Origin: Octopus vulgaris
Taxonomy: Eukaryota
Assembly (NCBI GenBank): GCA_951406725.2
Contig: OX597838.1
Span: forward strand, 27,652,001-27,716,000
Direction of reading: 5' to 3'
DNA: 64,000 nt
Shown here: positions 51,797 to 64,000 of the stretch, piece after piece
How the letters are laid out: the number at the start of each line of letters is the position of its first letter
How positions within the stretch are numbered: position 1 is the stretch's first letter
Program-made: the position numbers and the translations under genes
Notes under the pieces: model-generated
Database searches by the model: none
Told to the model about the DNA's origin: nothing
Seen by the model: only the letters and a program-made list of their open reading frames with translations

Positions 51797-52084
51797 CCTT
51801 CTATATAATAAATATATATATATATATATATATTTATTATATAAGGTATCTTGGGAGGGTAGACAGATAGGGTATTCCCAATGTAGCACTCAACTTGAGT
51901 TTTAGGCTATCTATGCTGTTGGATGCCAGACAAATATTGAAATTCTTCAGGTGTAGAAAATCCAGACTTTACAAAGGTAAAATTGTTGTGTGGGTTTAGC
52001 AAAGAGGGAAATATAATCCAAATAAAGAAGACAAAAGAAGACTTTAAAACATTTGGAGACTTCCTTTGTCTTCTTATTTGGATT

Positions 52085-52123
<39 letters not shown>

Positions 52124-52576
52124 CGTACGTACTATATATATATATATATATATAGTAATATCAATAAAAGGTGTGAAGTGATCTTGCTGTGAGGAGTGGA
52201 AAATCTAATGTTTTGGACGCAACAGCCCTTCTTCAATGGTAAAATTGAAAGGAGAGAAATTAATGACAGACAGCAGAGTTTAAGGTCCTTTAAGTTATTT
52301 AAAAAAAAAAACTGGTTGCAACATATTTTTTTTAAACTTAAAGGATGTAAAACTTTGCTTTGTCTCATTTATTTTTTTTTCTTTTACATTTTTCCCCCGG
52401 GGAATGAACGTATCTGAAGAGTTGGATTGTTCACTCCTCATGGCAAGTTCACTATACTTTTTTTTTTATTGATTTTCTTCCATAATTGAAGTCTTGCCAA
52501 TGCAAAACAACACCCACTGCTTTGGAGCTTGTGTTATCATATATATGCATATATATAATATATATATATATATAAT

Positions 52577-52610
<34 letters not shown>

Positions 52611-52612
52611 AT

Positions 52613-52646
<34 letters not shown>

Positions 52647-52682
52647 ATATATATATAATATATATATATAATATATATATAT

Positions 52683-52754
<72 letters not shown>

Positions 52755-53339
52755 ATATTTTAAAATTGAACGTTTCATCATTTATCTAACTTTTTCGTTT
52801 TTCTTAATGCTTTCATTGTTTGTTCGTTTTGATTTTTTTTTTCTTTTTCTTTTTTCCCCTTCTGTCCCACTTTTTTTCATGTTAAATACATGTTTCACCA
52901 TCTTTGTCGCTCTCTGTGATTTTCCCCTGCCAACATGGAACCATCGTTAAGACTTGCGAAGAACACAGATTATTTTCAGATATCTTTTAAACAGTTTCCA
53001 GTTTTTTTTTCTGACTGTTCCAAAGAACAATATCTTTTATGTGTTTTCTCAACGTGTGGAAAATAACGAATATTCTGTATTTCATTTCTTTTTTTTTTTT
53101 TTTGTGTGTGTGTGTGTGTGTGTGTGATGGAAGATTTAGAAGGATGTTAAACATCACTTCCTCACCTCACAATGCAGATATATATCTGTGTGTGTGTGTG
53201 TGTCATATTAATGATCAGAATGTGTTAAAAATAGCATCTATAAATAGAAGCATAATCGATCTTTTTGTGTCTGTGTGTTTATAACACACATACACACACA
53301 CATATATACATAAACACTATGTGAATATATATATAAACG

Positions 53340-53810
<471 letters not shown>

Positions 53811-54693
53811 TGTGTGTGTTACTATTGGGAGATGTGTGTGTGTGGAGAGGTATATGTGCCTGTATATATATTTATATACACACACACTCATAATATTGCT
53901 AATGTGTTTTCATCTCTTATTGTTCTCCATTTCTTTCAGCTTCCCTAAACACTTATATTTACAATGTTGTGTGTGTTTTATCGAAATATATCAATATAAA
54001 AGACACACAGACAGACAGTCAATGTTCACACTGCCACGTTTCAAAGAAAGCATGATGATAATATTATTAATGGCATTCCATTCTACTACAGACACAAGGC
54101 CTGAAATTTTGGTGGAGGGACCCAGTGGATTACATTGACCCCAGTTCAACTGGTACTTAATTTCATCGGCCCCATAAGGATGAAAGCCATAGTCAACCAT
54201 AGTGGAATTTGCTCTCAGATCAAATTCCGCTGAGGTTGACTTTGCCTTTCATTCTTTCAGGGGTCAATGTAATTGACTAGTTCCCTTCCCCCAAAATTTC
54301 AGGCCTTGTGCCTATTGTAGAAAGGAAAATAATAGCAATAATAATAATAATCCTGGTTGCAGCTCCCCAGCTTACCAGTTTTCAGTCAAACCATCCAACC
54401 CATGCCAGCATGGAAGACTGACATCAAATGATGATGATATGTGCGTGTGTGTGTATATGTATATATATATATGTATGTATGTATATATATGTATGTATGT
54501 ATATATATGTATGTATGTGTATATATATGTATGTATGTATGTATATATATGCATGTATGTATATATGTATGTATATATATATATATATGTATGTATATAC
54601 ATGTATGTATATGTATGTATGTATATATATGAATGTATGTATATCTATGCATGTATATGTATGTATATATATGTGTGTGTATATGTATGTGTA

Positions 54694-54736
<43 letters not shown>

Positions 54737-55667
54737 TTTGTGTGTGTATATCATGTGTGTACAGTTAGATGTACAACTGCTACTTGTGAGTTTAGAGCTC
54801 CACGTAGATTATCTTCATCCGGCCTGCTTCCCGTATTGTGGTGTGGTTACTTATATACATTGTCGTATTACTGGTTATGATGTACAGAGCAAAGGCAGGA
54901 GAAATTGCAATAAACACAAGTTCATATCATTTGTTCCCTACACACGTTTCACCACTGTGGCTATTTGCAACCCCTGCACTGGATGTTCCAAGTGCAAAAC
55001 TGCAATTTGATGTTGAACCATGACAGAGCGTCAGGAGAATGCTTTATTGCATTGCATTACACAGAGCAAATGCCTTGTGTGTGTGTGTTAGTTGTCCATA
55101 AGTCAGGATAAAATCCAGACTCTTAAAGAAATTTTGAGGAGTTATACTTTTATGTATCCAAGTAGTAAATCCTTGGTTATGGCATATAACCAGTAGAAAG
55201 TTACCATTGGTTTCAGGTCTACTATAGAGGACTCATCAGACATACTGGCCAAGAAGCACACACCCTATTTTACTGATGGAGGTAAATATACAGTCTTGTT
55301 CTTGTTTGGTTCTTTCAGTTTCTTTCTCCACCAAACTGACCAAGACTATATTTACCTCCATATCAGCAAAGAGGTTATTGTACTTCTGGTCAGATTATGG
55401 AAATAAGGGAATAAGGAATTATGTCATGAACTCCATTGGCTCACAGCTGTTTCTGCTACAAGATGCAACGCACTCATAGTTGTGTGCTACAGCTTCATCA
55501 GAGCTTCAAAAAGGAACAGCTGTAAGCTAATAAAGTTCATGGCATGATCTCTTATTTCCCTGTCATTTATTTTATTTCTTATTACTGCTCTGTACGCGAC
55601 TGATACTTTGTTCTGAAGTGTTTGTATAATGAGTTCTAACACAATTAGTATTGCTATGCTTAAGCAA

Positions 55668-55698
<31 letters not shown>

Positions 55699-56280
55699 TA
55701 ATATATACTACTGGTCTCTGTTGATTGACTTGGCTTGTATATTATCTGGTATTTTTTTTTTCTTTTGCTTCTTTCTGTATTGAATCAACAGTTTATTAAC
55801 CCTCTTCCAATAAAACAATTTATCATCTTTTTAACTAATGCTTTGTATTATAATCAACAACTTTTTTTTTTTGTTACATATTTTCTTTTATATTAATCCC
55901 ACATGCAAGCATATTTTTGTATATTAATTTGTTTTGTTTTTTTAATTGTCGAATGTTAATAACAACAACAACAACAACAACATTTAGACAACCTGTTAAT
56001 TGATATATCCAAGAGTTATGTATACCGTTTCCATGCAGCATGGGTGTATATATGTGGTGTACATGTGAATGTATATTTGCGCCTGTGTATATATAAATAT
56101 ATATAGCATGTATGTATGTATGTGTATATATGTGTTGATGGGTTTAAATATCTTAAAAACCAATATCAATCCAGGGTTATAACAATCAGTATTTTAAAGC
56201 TTTTTTTTTGTGTATGTCGGATACAAAACCACACTCTCCAGACTTGTTATGGGGCATGGTTCTACACAAACAGCACTTTG

Positions 56281-56385
56281 AATTTTTTTTTTCTTCTCTT
56301 TCAAAATTTTTTTTTTCTCCTCTTTCAAAATTTTTTTTTTCTTCTCTTTCAAAATCTTTTTTTTTTTTCAAAATTTTTTTTTTTC
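56281..56385. repeat. ~24-bp tandem repeat (AAAATTTTTTTTTCTTCTCTTTC)
   Basis: Three to four consecutive units. Confidence 0.8.
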
Positions 56386-56565
56386 CATCTTTTAAAATTT
56401 CGAATAAAATAATCTAACCTCTTAATATGTGCATATTTATATAAACTGATTTTAATTAATTTATTTTACCTTGCTAATTGCTTGCTGCCTTCGTGATTAA
56501 CATTTTTTTTGTTTTGTTTGTTTTAATATCACCTAATATTTGTATAAATGTGTGTGTGTTAAATA

Positions 56566-56605
<40 letters not shown>

Positions 56606-56646
56606 CATACATACATATATATATATATGTGTGTGTGTGTGTGTAT

Positions 56647-56863
56647 GTGAGATGGGGAGGCTGAAAGGTTCCCGGCTTTAAGAGTATCGTGAAAGGCCTG
56701 GTTGGAGGCCTAACCGAAGTCCTTTTACAGGGCTTCAAAAAACTAAAGGACCACTGCAATAAGTGTGTGAATCTGAGAAGGGAATATGTTGAATAAAATC
56801 ATAATTAACTGATCTTCCTGTATTTTCTTTTACCCAAAGCCAGGAACTTTTCAACACCCCTTG
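56647..56863 (+). mobile_element. Internally deleted mariner transposon
   Basis: Encodes the mariner transposase C-terminus GFKKLKDHCNKCVNLRREYVE*. Right TIR aaagccaggaacttttcaacaccccttg followed by TA. Decayed left TIR ggggaggctgaaaggttcccggcttt. Confidence 0.72.
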
Positions 56864-57640
56864 TATATATTTTATATATGTGTATATATATATATAGGGA
56901 GAGGGAGAGAGAGAGTGTGTTAATACCTATTATGTTATTATGCACTAACCCTTTGTGTTTGTTAGTATTTTATTGTAATGTTTTTCTATTATTGTTGCAA
57001 AACTTAATTGCTGTCAACATTTTCTTTGTTATTTAATGTATCTTCTGATTTGCCTCCTCCTCATCCTCCTCCATTTTTCCCCATCCTCCTCTGCCCGTTG
57101 GTACCTACTGACTGTCATTGGCCCTTAAACCGAAAACTCCTTCCGACATCACAAGCTAATAAGAAGAAAGGACCTCTATACAGCAGACATTTGAGCTGTT
57201 AGAAATGGTAACCAAATAACCGCCTTCAAATCACTCATCCTATAGTCTGCGAAGGGCACATTAGATAATGTTGTCCTACATGTAAAATGTCTAAAACAAA
57301 AAAAGGAAACAAAATGACATTTAATAATGTAGTCCTAAAATTAAGGTGGGATGGTCACAGCTGGAATGTCTTTGATCAATGGTCTTATCAGTCCAAACTG
57401 ATCTTGCATTGAACAAGCTCAACAGCTACCTGCACATTAAATCTGCCTTTGATCTCTTTCCTTACTTTGTATTGAGAATTAAAGAAATGTTTCAATGAAG
57501 AGAGTTACTCCAAGGTAAACCATGACCACCACCGACCAATTTTGATTCCTTATTCAAATTACTTATGCGCCAAAACAATGTTATGACGAATGATAAGCAT
57601 CACAACCTCATACTGTCTCTTATTTCCTTCACACACACAC

Positions 57641-57676
<36 letters not shown>

Positions 57677-57677
<1 letters not shown>

Positions 57678-58000
57678 TGTTGTGTCTGGGGAGATTCATT
57701 TTTTTTTGTGCCTTATAATTTAACACACTCACCGGTAAAATTTCCATTTATTTCTTTTTTTTATTTTCCTAAAATTTTCATTGCGTCTTACAACCTTTTC
57801 AGTAGTCTTGACTCTGTCCGTTATTTACACTGTATTCCTTTTGAAAAGGTTGCAAGACGCAACGAAAATTTTAGGAAAATAAAAATAAGAAATAAGTGGA
57901 AATTTTACCGGTGAGTGTGTTAAATCATAAGGCACAAAAAGAAAATGACTCTCCCCAGACACAACAGAATATGCTTCAACACACAAACTCATATAAAGAA
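57677..58000. mobile_element. Fold-back element: ~125-bp inverted arms with a one-sided tail
   Basis: 57677-57801 and 57842-57967 are imperfect reverse complements with a 40-nt spacer. Extra unique sequence lies on the right only. The left end abuts (TA)n. Confidence 0.75.
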
Positions 58001-60009
58001 TATATACACCCTTGTTATATTATTATTATATATTATTATGCACCAACCCACCTGAGAACTACTCCTGATTCTGTGATACAAACTTCTTGTTTTAAGGTGA
58101 TCTGAATCAAAACAGCTGCCATCAAAACTCCATGGTAATTTATGTGCCAAACACCTAGTTAATAATGATAAAGTTACTTTATCAAATTCTTCATGATTCT
58201 CAAAATTTGTTGAAACAAAGGCAGAGTATTTCAACTATGATATTGTAACAAAAGGGTTAAAGTTTTTGATACAAACCTTTCTGGAACTGCCACTGGTTCC
58301 ATGATAAATGAAAAAAAAAGATTCTTGTTTTAAAATAATCTAAATTAGAAACCTTCTGTTAAAATTTCATGTTCCTGTTCCAAACACCAGCTTGGTGACA
58401 ACGATTATTTTACTTAATTCCTTCGTTATTTTCAAAAAATAATTGTGATTAAAGGCTGTGTACGTTAACGGAAATGTGGTAACAGAAGAACTACGGAAAA
58501 CATCCTGCATCGTGTGTGTTTGTGTGTGTGTGTGTATCTCTTTTCAGTTGACTTCCAACTTCAAGTATGTCGATGCATCGGGACAGATGTACTCAGCTGT
58601 ACCAGCTTTAAAGGTTTCGTACTTTTCCATCAACAAACATTTCTCTCGGTGATCAAATGATTTTATAAACTGAACTGGAAGATCAGTGAGATATTCAACA
58701 ACTAAACAAAAAACACTAAATAAATAAATACATATAAAAAAAAATAAATTAAGAAATATCCTCAATTCCTATCATGTTTCATATAAATAGATTCTTAATT
58801 AAGCACCTTGACATTTATGGAAATTAAAAGAAGTCTTCATCATAAGTTTACTTTGCCACAACATGGAATTCTAAAATTCAGTTTTAATATTTTTATTTGT
58901 TATTACATTTGTATATCTGTTTAGTTTATTTTCGTTTGATTTACAATATTAGTTGACGAGGTAAATTAATATGTTTTTGATAAAGAAGATTTTGAACTTC
59001 AGAGTTTCCTTTCAAATTAATATCGTTTGTGTGTGTGTGTGTGTGTAGATTTTATGTTTTGACAATTATCTAAATCTATCATTTCTGTATCTTGTTAATA
59101 TTTATTTCTTTATTGCCCACAGGGGGCTAAACATAGAGGGAACAAACAAGGACAGACAAAGAGATTAAGTCGATTACATTCAACCCCAGTGCGTAACTGG
59201 TACTTATTTAATCGACCCCAAAAGGACGAAAGGCAAAGTTGACCTCGGCGGATTTAAACTCAGAATGTAATGGCAGACGAAATACCGCTAAGCATTTCAC
59301 CTGGTGTGCTAACGATTCTGCTAGCTTGCCGCCCTTGTCTTAGCTAACAGAGGAGCCTATATAAGATCACTCCATCATCATCACCATTATTAAACCCCTA
59401 GACATTACTGTCATGAGTCTTCAGAATCATAGGGTCAGTTACCAGGTTTCTATGGTGTATTAGTGACCGAGACAATGATATCCCCCCTGGATGAGATACC
59501 AGTCTGTTGCGGGGTTACTCACAGTTGAGTGGACTGAGCAGTGTGAAATGAAGTGTTTTGCTCAAGAATACAACACACCACCCACTTTGGGAATTGAAAC
59601 TGCAACCTCAAGTTTCTGAATGCGACACTAACCACTAAGCCATAAATAAGTCTTCACTATAGTCACTTGACATGCTAGAAATAATAGTGAAATCTCCATC
59701 AAATTAAAATTACAACCCATCATCTTAAAAAAGACAATGTAGTGTAATTTGACAGTGTAGTATGAGATTCACAATATCAAAGAGAAAGACAGGATGGTCG
59801 TGGCTGGAATACCTTTTATCATGGATCTGCTGGGCCAAGGCTAACACATGCAGGAAAAACAGCTCCAACACCGATTCCTCGTTATAAAGTCTTATAACCA
59901 CTTCCGTATTTCCTGTTCCTGTCCCAAGGCGATCTTTCTCAGAATGTTGATTAAGTTCTGGCATTAGTCCATAATGACTAAATATTTCTGACCACTACAG
60001 TAGGTTTAA

Positions 60010-60230
60010 CCCTTTAGTGTTTAAACTGGCCAAATCCGGCCCAATATATTCCATATGTTTTATATTCAAACTGGCAATATCTAGCCTCTCACACCTAACC
60101 TACAATGCCATTCTAAAAATAAGTAATCACATCATTGAAACCTCAAAGCTGTAAGATGATCCAGGATTAATTCAAAACAATTTGAGTGAAAAAGTATTAC
60201 ATTTAACATAGTAATCTGAACACTAAAGGG
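60010..60230. mobile_element. TTAA-flanked (piggyBac-type) MITE
   Basis: TTAA|CCCTTTAGTGTT...AACACTAAAGGG|TTAA. Closely similar copy at 63454-63673. Confidence 0.82.
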
Positions 60231-60380
60231 TTAAAACATGGACAATCTCTGGTCAGCTGTTCAACTGCAGCAACAGCTGATTCAAGAGTTGTATTCTCTC
60301 AGGATAAGTGTGTGTGTGTGTGTACTAATGTTTGTCTTTATGTCAGGCTCAATATCTTTTAGTGATATAAGTGTTTATTA

Positions 60381-60490
60381 AATATTTACAAGGAAGACGT
60401 TGACAGCAACTTCAAGAGTTTCCGGCTTGCTGTCGTCAGACAGTTTGACAAAACTTCAAAGTTACAGTCAACATTTTCCTCGTTAAATAT
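60381..60490. mobile_element. Degenerate fold-back of the 29369 hammerhead family
   Basis: The left part (-) reads ctgacga-cagcaagccg-gaaactcttgaagttgctgtcaac. The right part (+) reads aaacttcaaagttacagtcaacattttcctc. Both match 29355-29410. Confidence 0.55.
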
Positions 60491-60846
60491 ACATATAGAT
60501 AGAAAGAGAGACAGATTGATTGGTGCAGCCTTGTGGATAAGTGGTTAGCTTTGGGACCATGTGGTTCTGGGTTTGATCATAGACTTTGGGGGTATCTTTA
60601 GGCAAATGAGTATTTTGAAGCTCTCTAAGGGAAATTGGGGAGGTAGAAACTCAGTGTGAGCCCTTCATATACATATATATATCTATCTATATATATTGTT
60701 AAGCAACAATCTAATTATTGAACCCTACGCTCATCATCGGCCACCTCTGATATAATTCTGTACACTTCAGATAATATACCTACTCTATAGACAGATATAC
60801 AGGTGCATCTCTTTCCTGACATATGGACTTTTAGATGACCTACACA

Positions 60847-60904
<58 letters not shown>

Positions 60905-60905
<1 letters not shown>

Positions 60906-61196
60906 TTAAAATTAAATAAGGGTAGAAATTGATATTAATCAGTTAAAAACCAGTGGCCTAGCATATTTTTAAAAAATCCGAAGATTAAAAAATATTTTTA
61001 CATACAAAATTTAGAGGACTGACCACTAAAAGTAGACAGCCTATATGCTAGATATAGACGTCAAAATCGCCATTTCCACGAAGAATGTGTTATCAAGAAA
61101 AAAACTCAGCAAAAATCCAAAGTGTAAAAATTTTTGACATCTATATCTAGCATATAGGCTGTCTACTTTTAGTGGTCAGTCTTCTAAATTTTGTAT
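60905..61196. mobile_element. Fold-back element: ~65-bp inverted arms with a one-sided tail
   Basis: 61002-61066 and ~61132-61196 are near-perfect reverse complements. A ~95-nt unique tail lies on the left. (TA)n on both flanks. Confidence 0.72.
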
Positions 61197-63453
61197 ATAT
61201 ATATATCCTTTCTGAATCCCCTATCATTATTTCTTCTCTTATATTGACTTTGTACATTCAGGATATGCTCTCACCATCTCTTTTCTCTCTTTCCAGCTGG
61301 GGAAGCTACGTATCTCCTCTTCAGCAAGATACCTGTTCCTGTTCCTCTATCATGTTTTCACCTCTCATCACCTGACATAAAGCCACCTCAACTCAATACT
61401 TCACCCACCCACCCCTGCTCAGTTGAGGTGGGGCGGGGCGGGTCTTGTCTTGTGAATATTTTGTGAATTTTTGGGACTAAATGAAATCGAGAGGATGTAT
61501 TTCAATATAAATCAGCATCCTCATCATCATCATCCTCATTTACCGTCTCTTTTTTCCATACTGGAATGTATCAAAGGTTTGACATGAATTGACAAACCGG
61601 AGGACTGCACCCAGCTCCAATATCTGCTTTGACATGGTATTTTTTTTTTGCAGTTGGATGTCCTTCCTAATGCCAACCACTTCACTTTTTTTTTTTTTGT
61701 GGATCCATCATTAGTGAGTCACCATATAACTCAGAAGACAAGACCCCCATCCCCTTCAACTGAGCTGGGTGAACTATTGAAGGATCTGAAAGTATGGTAG
61801 AGGGACATGAGTTGATGTCTTGCTGAAGGTGAATGCACGGCTCCCCCATTTGGAAAGAAAGTGGGATGTGAGGTTTAGGTACAAACATGGGAGAATAAGG
61901 ATAGAGAAACAGAAAAGGTGAGTGTTTTAGGGTGCATAAAGTGTAACAGACGATTAGAGATGGGGACTAAGCTGGATGCAGTGAACACCAGTTTGGGGCT
62001 GGTGTTAACGAACATTCATTCCAGGAAAAGCATTTATTGTCTTCCTCTCTTCCTCTCTCTTCTCTTAAATCTAACGAAGACTCAAGCTAAACCGGGTTTT
62101 TTCTTTTGTCTTTTTTTCTTTAATAATTGGTTTTAAAGATCTAATTTCATATCGTTAAACTTATATGAGATAACTCTCCACCTGGATGGCATGCCACGCC
62201 ACTCTGACACTGCCATATATGCTGGTAGGTATTTCCAACAATCTGATGGACAGAGAAAACAGGGGAAAAAATGAGACCTGCTCAGATAAATAACAGACAG
62301 CATGCACTGGATTTGAACCCTTATCCTATCTACTTGGCGCACCTTACCTTCACACTATTCTCTTTTCCTAACCATTCTAATGAAACTCTTGCACTTCAAG
62401 ACATGCTAACTGCACACCATTTCCATTCAGACATAACCACTGCACCTGGCTCTCCACAGCTCTCTACTCAAATGCATTCTTACATCTCAAGGTCTTTAGT
62501 CGTGTCTGTTTGTTTAAGTATCTTCTCTCTCCCGCTGTATGTTAATTACAATAATTAATATTGCTCTTACAACTTTTCATACTTTAATATTGATTTCTAA
62601 CACAAGCACGAGGTCATGCATTTTTGGAAGGAGAGGTGTGGTTGATTAAATCAACCCCAGTACTTCACTGGCACTTACATTATACTGTTCCCTCTGGAGA
62701 GGAAAAGCAAAACTGACCTTGGCAAATTAACAGCATGAGTCTAATTAAGGAAAGAAAGCCACAAGTGTTTTATGCATGCATGTTCAGGAAATGAAAGACA
62801 GAGGTGGAAACTCTTGAATTTGATGGCCAGTTTTAGAGAAATTTATCTCTTTTGAAAACATTTAAAAGATGCATCTATGCATCATTTGGTTAACAGAGAA
62901 GTTTCATATATGAAATCACACTATGGTTGTTTCTTGGAGAGAAAGCTTATCCATTCCTATTGATTAGCGAAGTATTCCTTTCCATGAATTACTACAAACT
63001 CTGATTCACAAAATATTTTTAAGACCACACCTAATGTTGTCATATGAGCCAAGAAAGAAGTCGCTGTCATGGTTAATCCATCTGCTAGAAATAACAGCCA
63101 AATCTCAAATGGACACCCTGCCATCTTAAAAAGGCATATTTGAAATGGCATCTTTAAATATATCTGAAGAAAAAGGAAAATATACAACAAGCATAGCTGG
63201 AACATTTTTGATCTTAAGATTAGGGTCTTCCCAAGGCGAAAGGACAGTAACAGCAACAACTGATGTCACATGGTCTTCATGTTTAGCCAACCATCATTTC
63301 CTCCTTCTTTTAACCTGCACTTAATGTCTACCAAGGACCATTCATATTGACATGAATAGTTTATGTGAAACTGCAGTCTGGATGTAACAGGCATAGCAAA
63401 AGATACACACACTCGCACACAAGCCTACATTGGTTGTACACAATGCTTTTTAA

Positions 63454-63673
63454 CCCTTTAGTGTTTAAACCGGCCATATCTGGCCCAGATATTCTACATG
63501 TTTTACATTCAAACAGGCGATATCTAGCCTCTCACACCTAACCTACATTGATATGCTAAAAACAAACAATCACATCATTGAAACCTCAAAGCTATAAGAT
63601 AATGTATGATTAATTCAAAACAAATTGAGTGAAAAAGTATTACATTTAACAGAGTAATCTGAACACTAAAGGG
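63454..63673. mobile_element. TTAA-flanked (piggyBac-type) MITE
   Basis: Same TIRs, TTAA flanks and internal sequence as 60010-60230. Confidence 0.82.
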
Positions 63674-64000
63674 TTAAGCTTCTGTTCCAAAAAGCTAGAA
63701 TAAGATGATATAAAATAAATAGGATTACCAAAAATCTTTTGAACATATAATGCCGCAACTGAAGTTGTTAAATGGAACGAACATACTTGGTTCCTCTCCA
63801 TCCTGGTTTCTTGGAATGAACAAACCCACCAACGGAAAGCTTTAACAAAACAAAACAAAACAAATAAATAAATAAAAATCTTGGCCTTTGACAGTCATAG
63901 ATATCATCCTCTCCTCTGTTTTCATTACCCATAATCCCACAGCACTTGTTACTGCTACCACCTCATTTGATTTGTCTCCCTTATTGTTTTAAAGACGAGC

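Larger units (their letters stand above)
45862..51813 (-). mobile_element. Penelope-like retroelement (PLE), 5'-truncated, with long inverted pseudo-LTR
   Basis: GIY-YIG ORF remnant at 49231-49632 (-). Arms 45933-~48540 and 49633-51813 are reverse complements. Each arm has a hammerhead motif near its outer end. A ~70-nt unique tail (45862-45932) is on one side only. Both ends sit in (TA)n. Confidence 0.85.

Noticed and set aside
51907-51957. gctgttggatgc (AVGC) resembling the next Numb exon
   Set aside because: The surrounding residues (AIYAVGCQTNIE) do not match GERLSHAVGCAF and the frame soon terminates.
54633-55010. Cys-rich ORF end (ICNPCTGCSKC) suggestive of a zinc finger
   Set aside because: The homologous copy at ~38110 has stops and frameshifts, and there is no recognisable domain or splice context.

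Overview
AT-rich, microsatellite-laden animal DNA. The SINE repertoire and composition point to an octopus (coleoid cephalopod); this is recognition, not a database result. The window lies inside a very large Numb gene on the + strand. Two phase-0 exons of the PTB domain are visible (10003-10080 and 14976-15116). The next expected exon (GERLSHAVGCAF...) was not found, implying an intron of more than 48 kb. The introns hold several tRNA-derived SINE families, 3' fragments of RTE/BovB-like and R4/Dong-like LINEs, mariner and TTAA (piggyBac-type) MITEs, and two non-autonomous Helitrons. The most striking structure is a ~6 kb Penelope-like element at 45862-51813. It has a 5'-truncated GIY-YIG endonuclease ORF between two ~2.2 kb inverted arms, each ending in a minimal hammerhead ribozyme motif, and a Helitron in one arm only. 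At least six smaller fold-back insertions share a similar architecture, and about ten hammerhead-like motifs occur in total. One fold-back, next to a Numb exon, joins a tRNA-like (Pol III) head to a minimal hammerhead and is flanked by a 12-bp target-site duplication. Nearly all ORFs in the supplied track are microsatellite artefacts.
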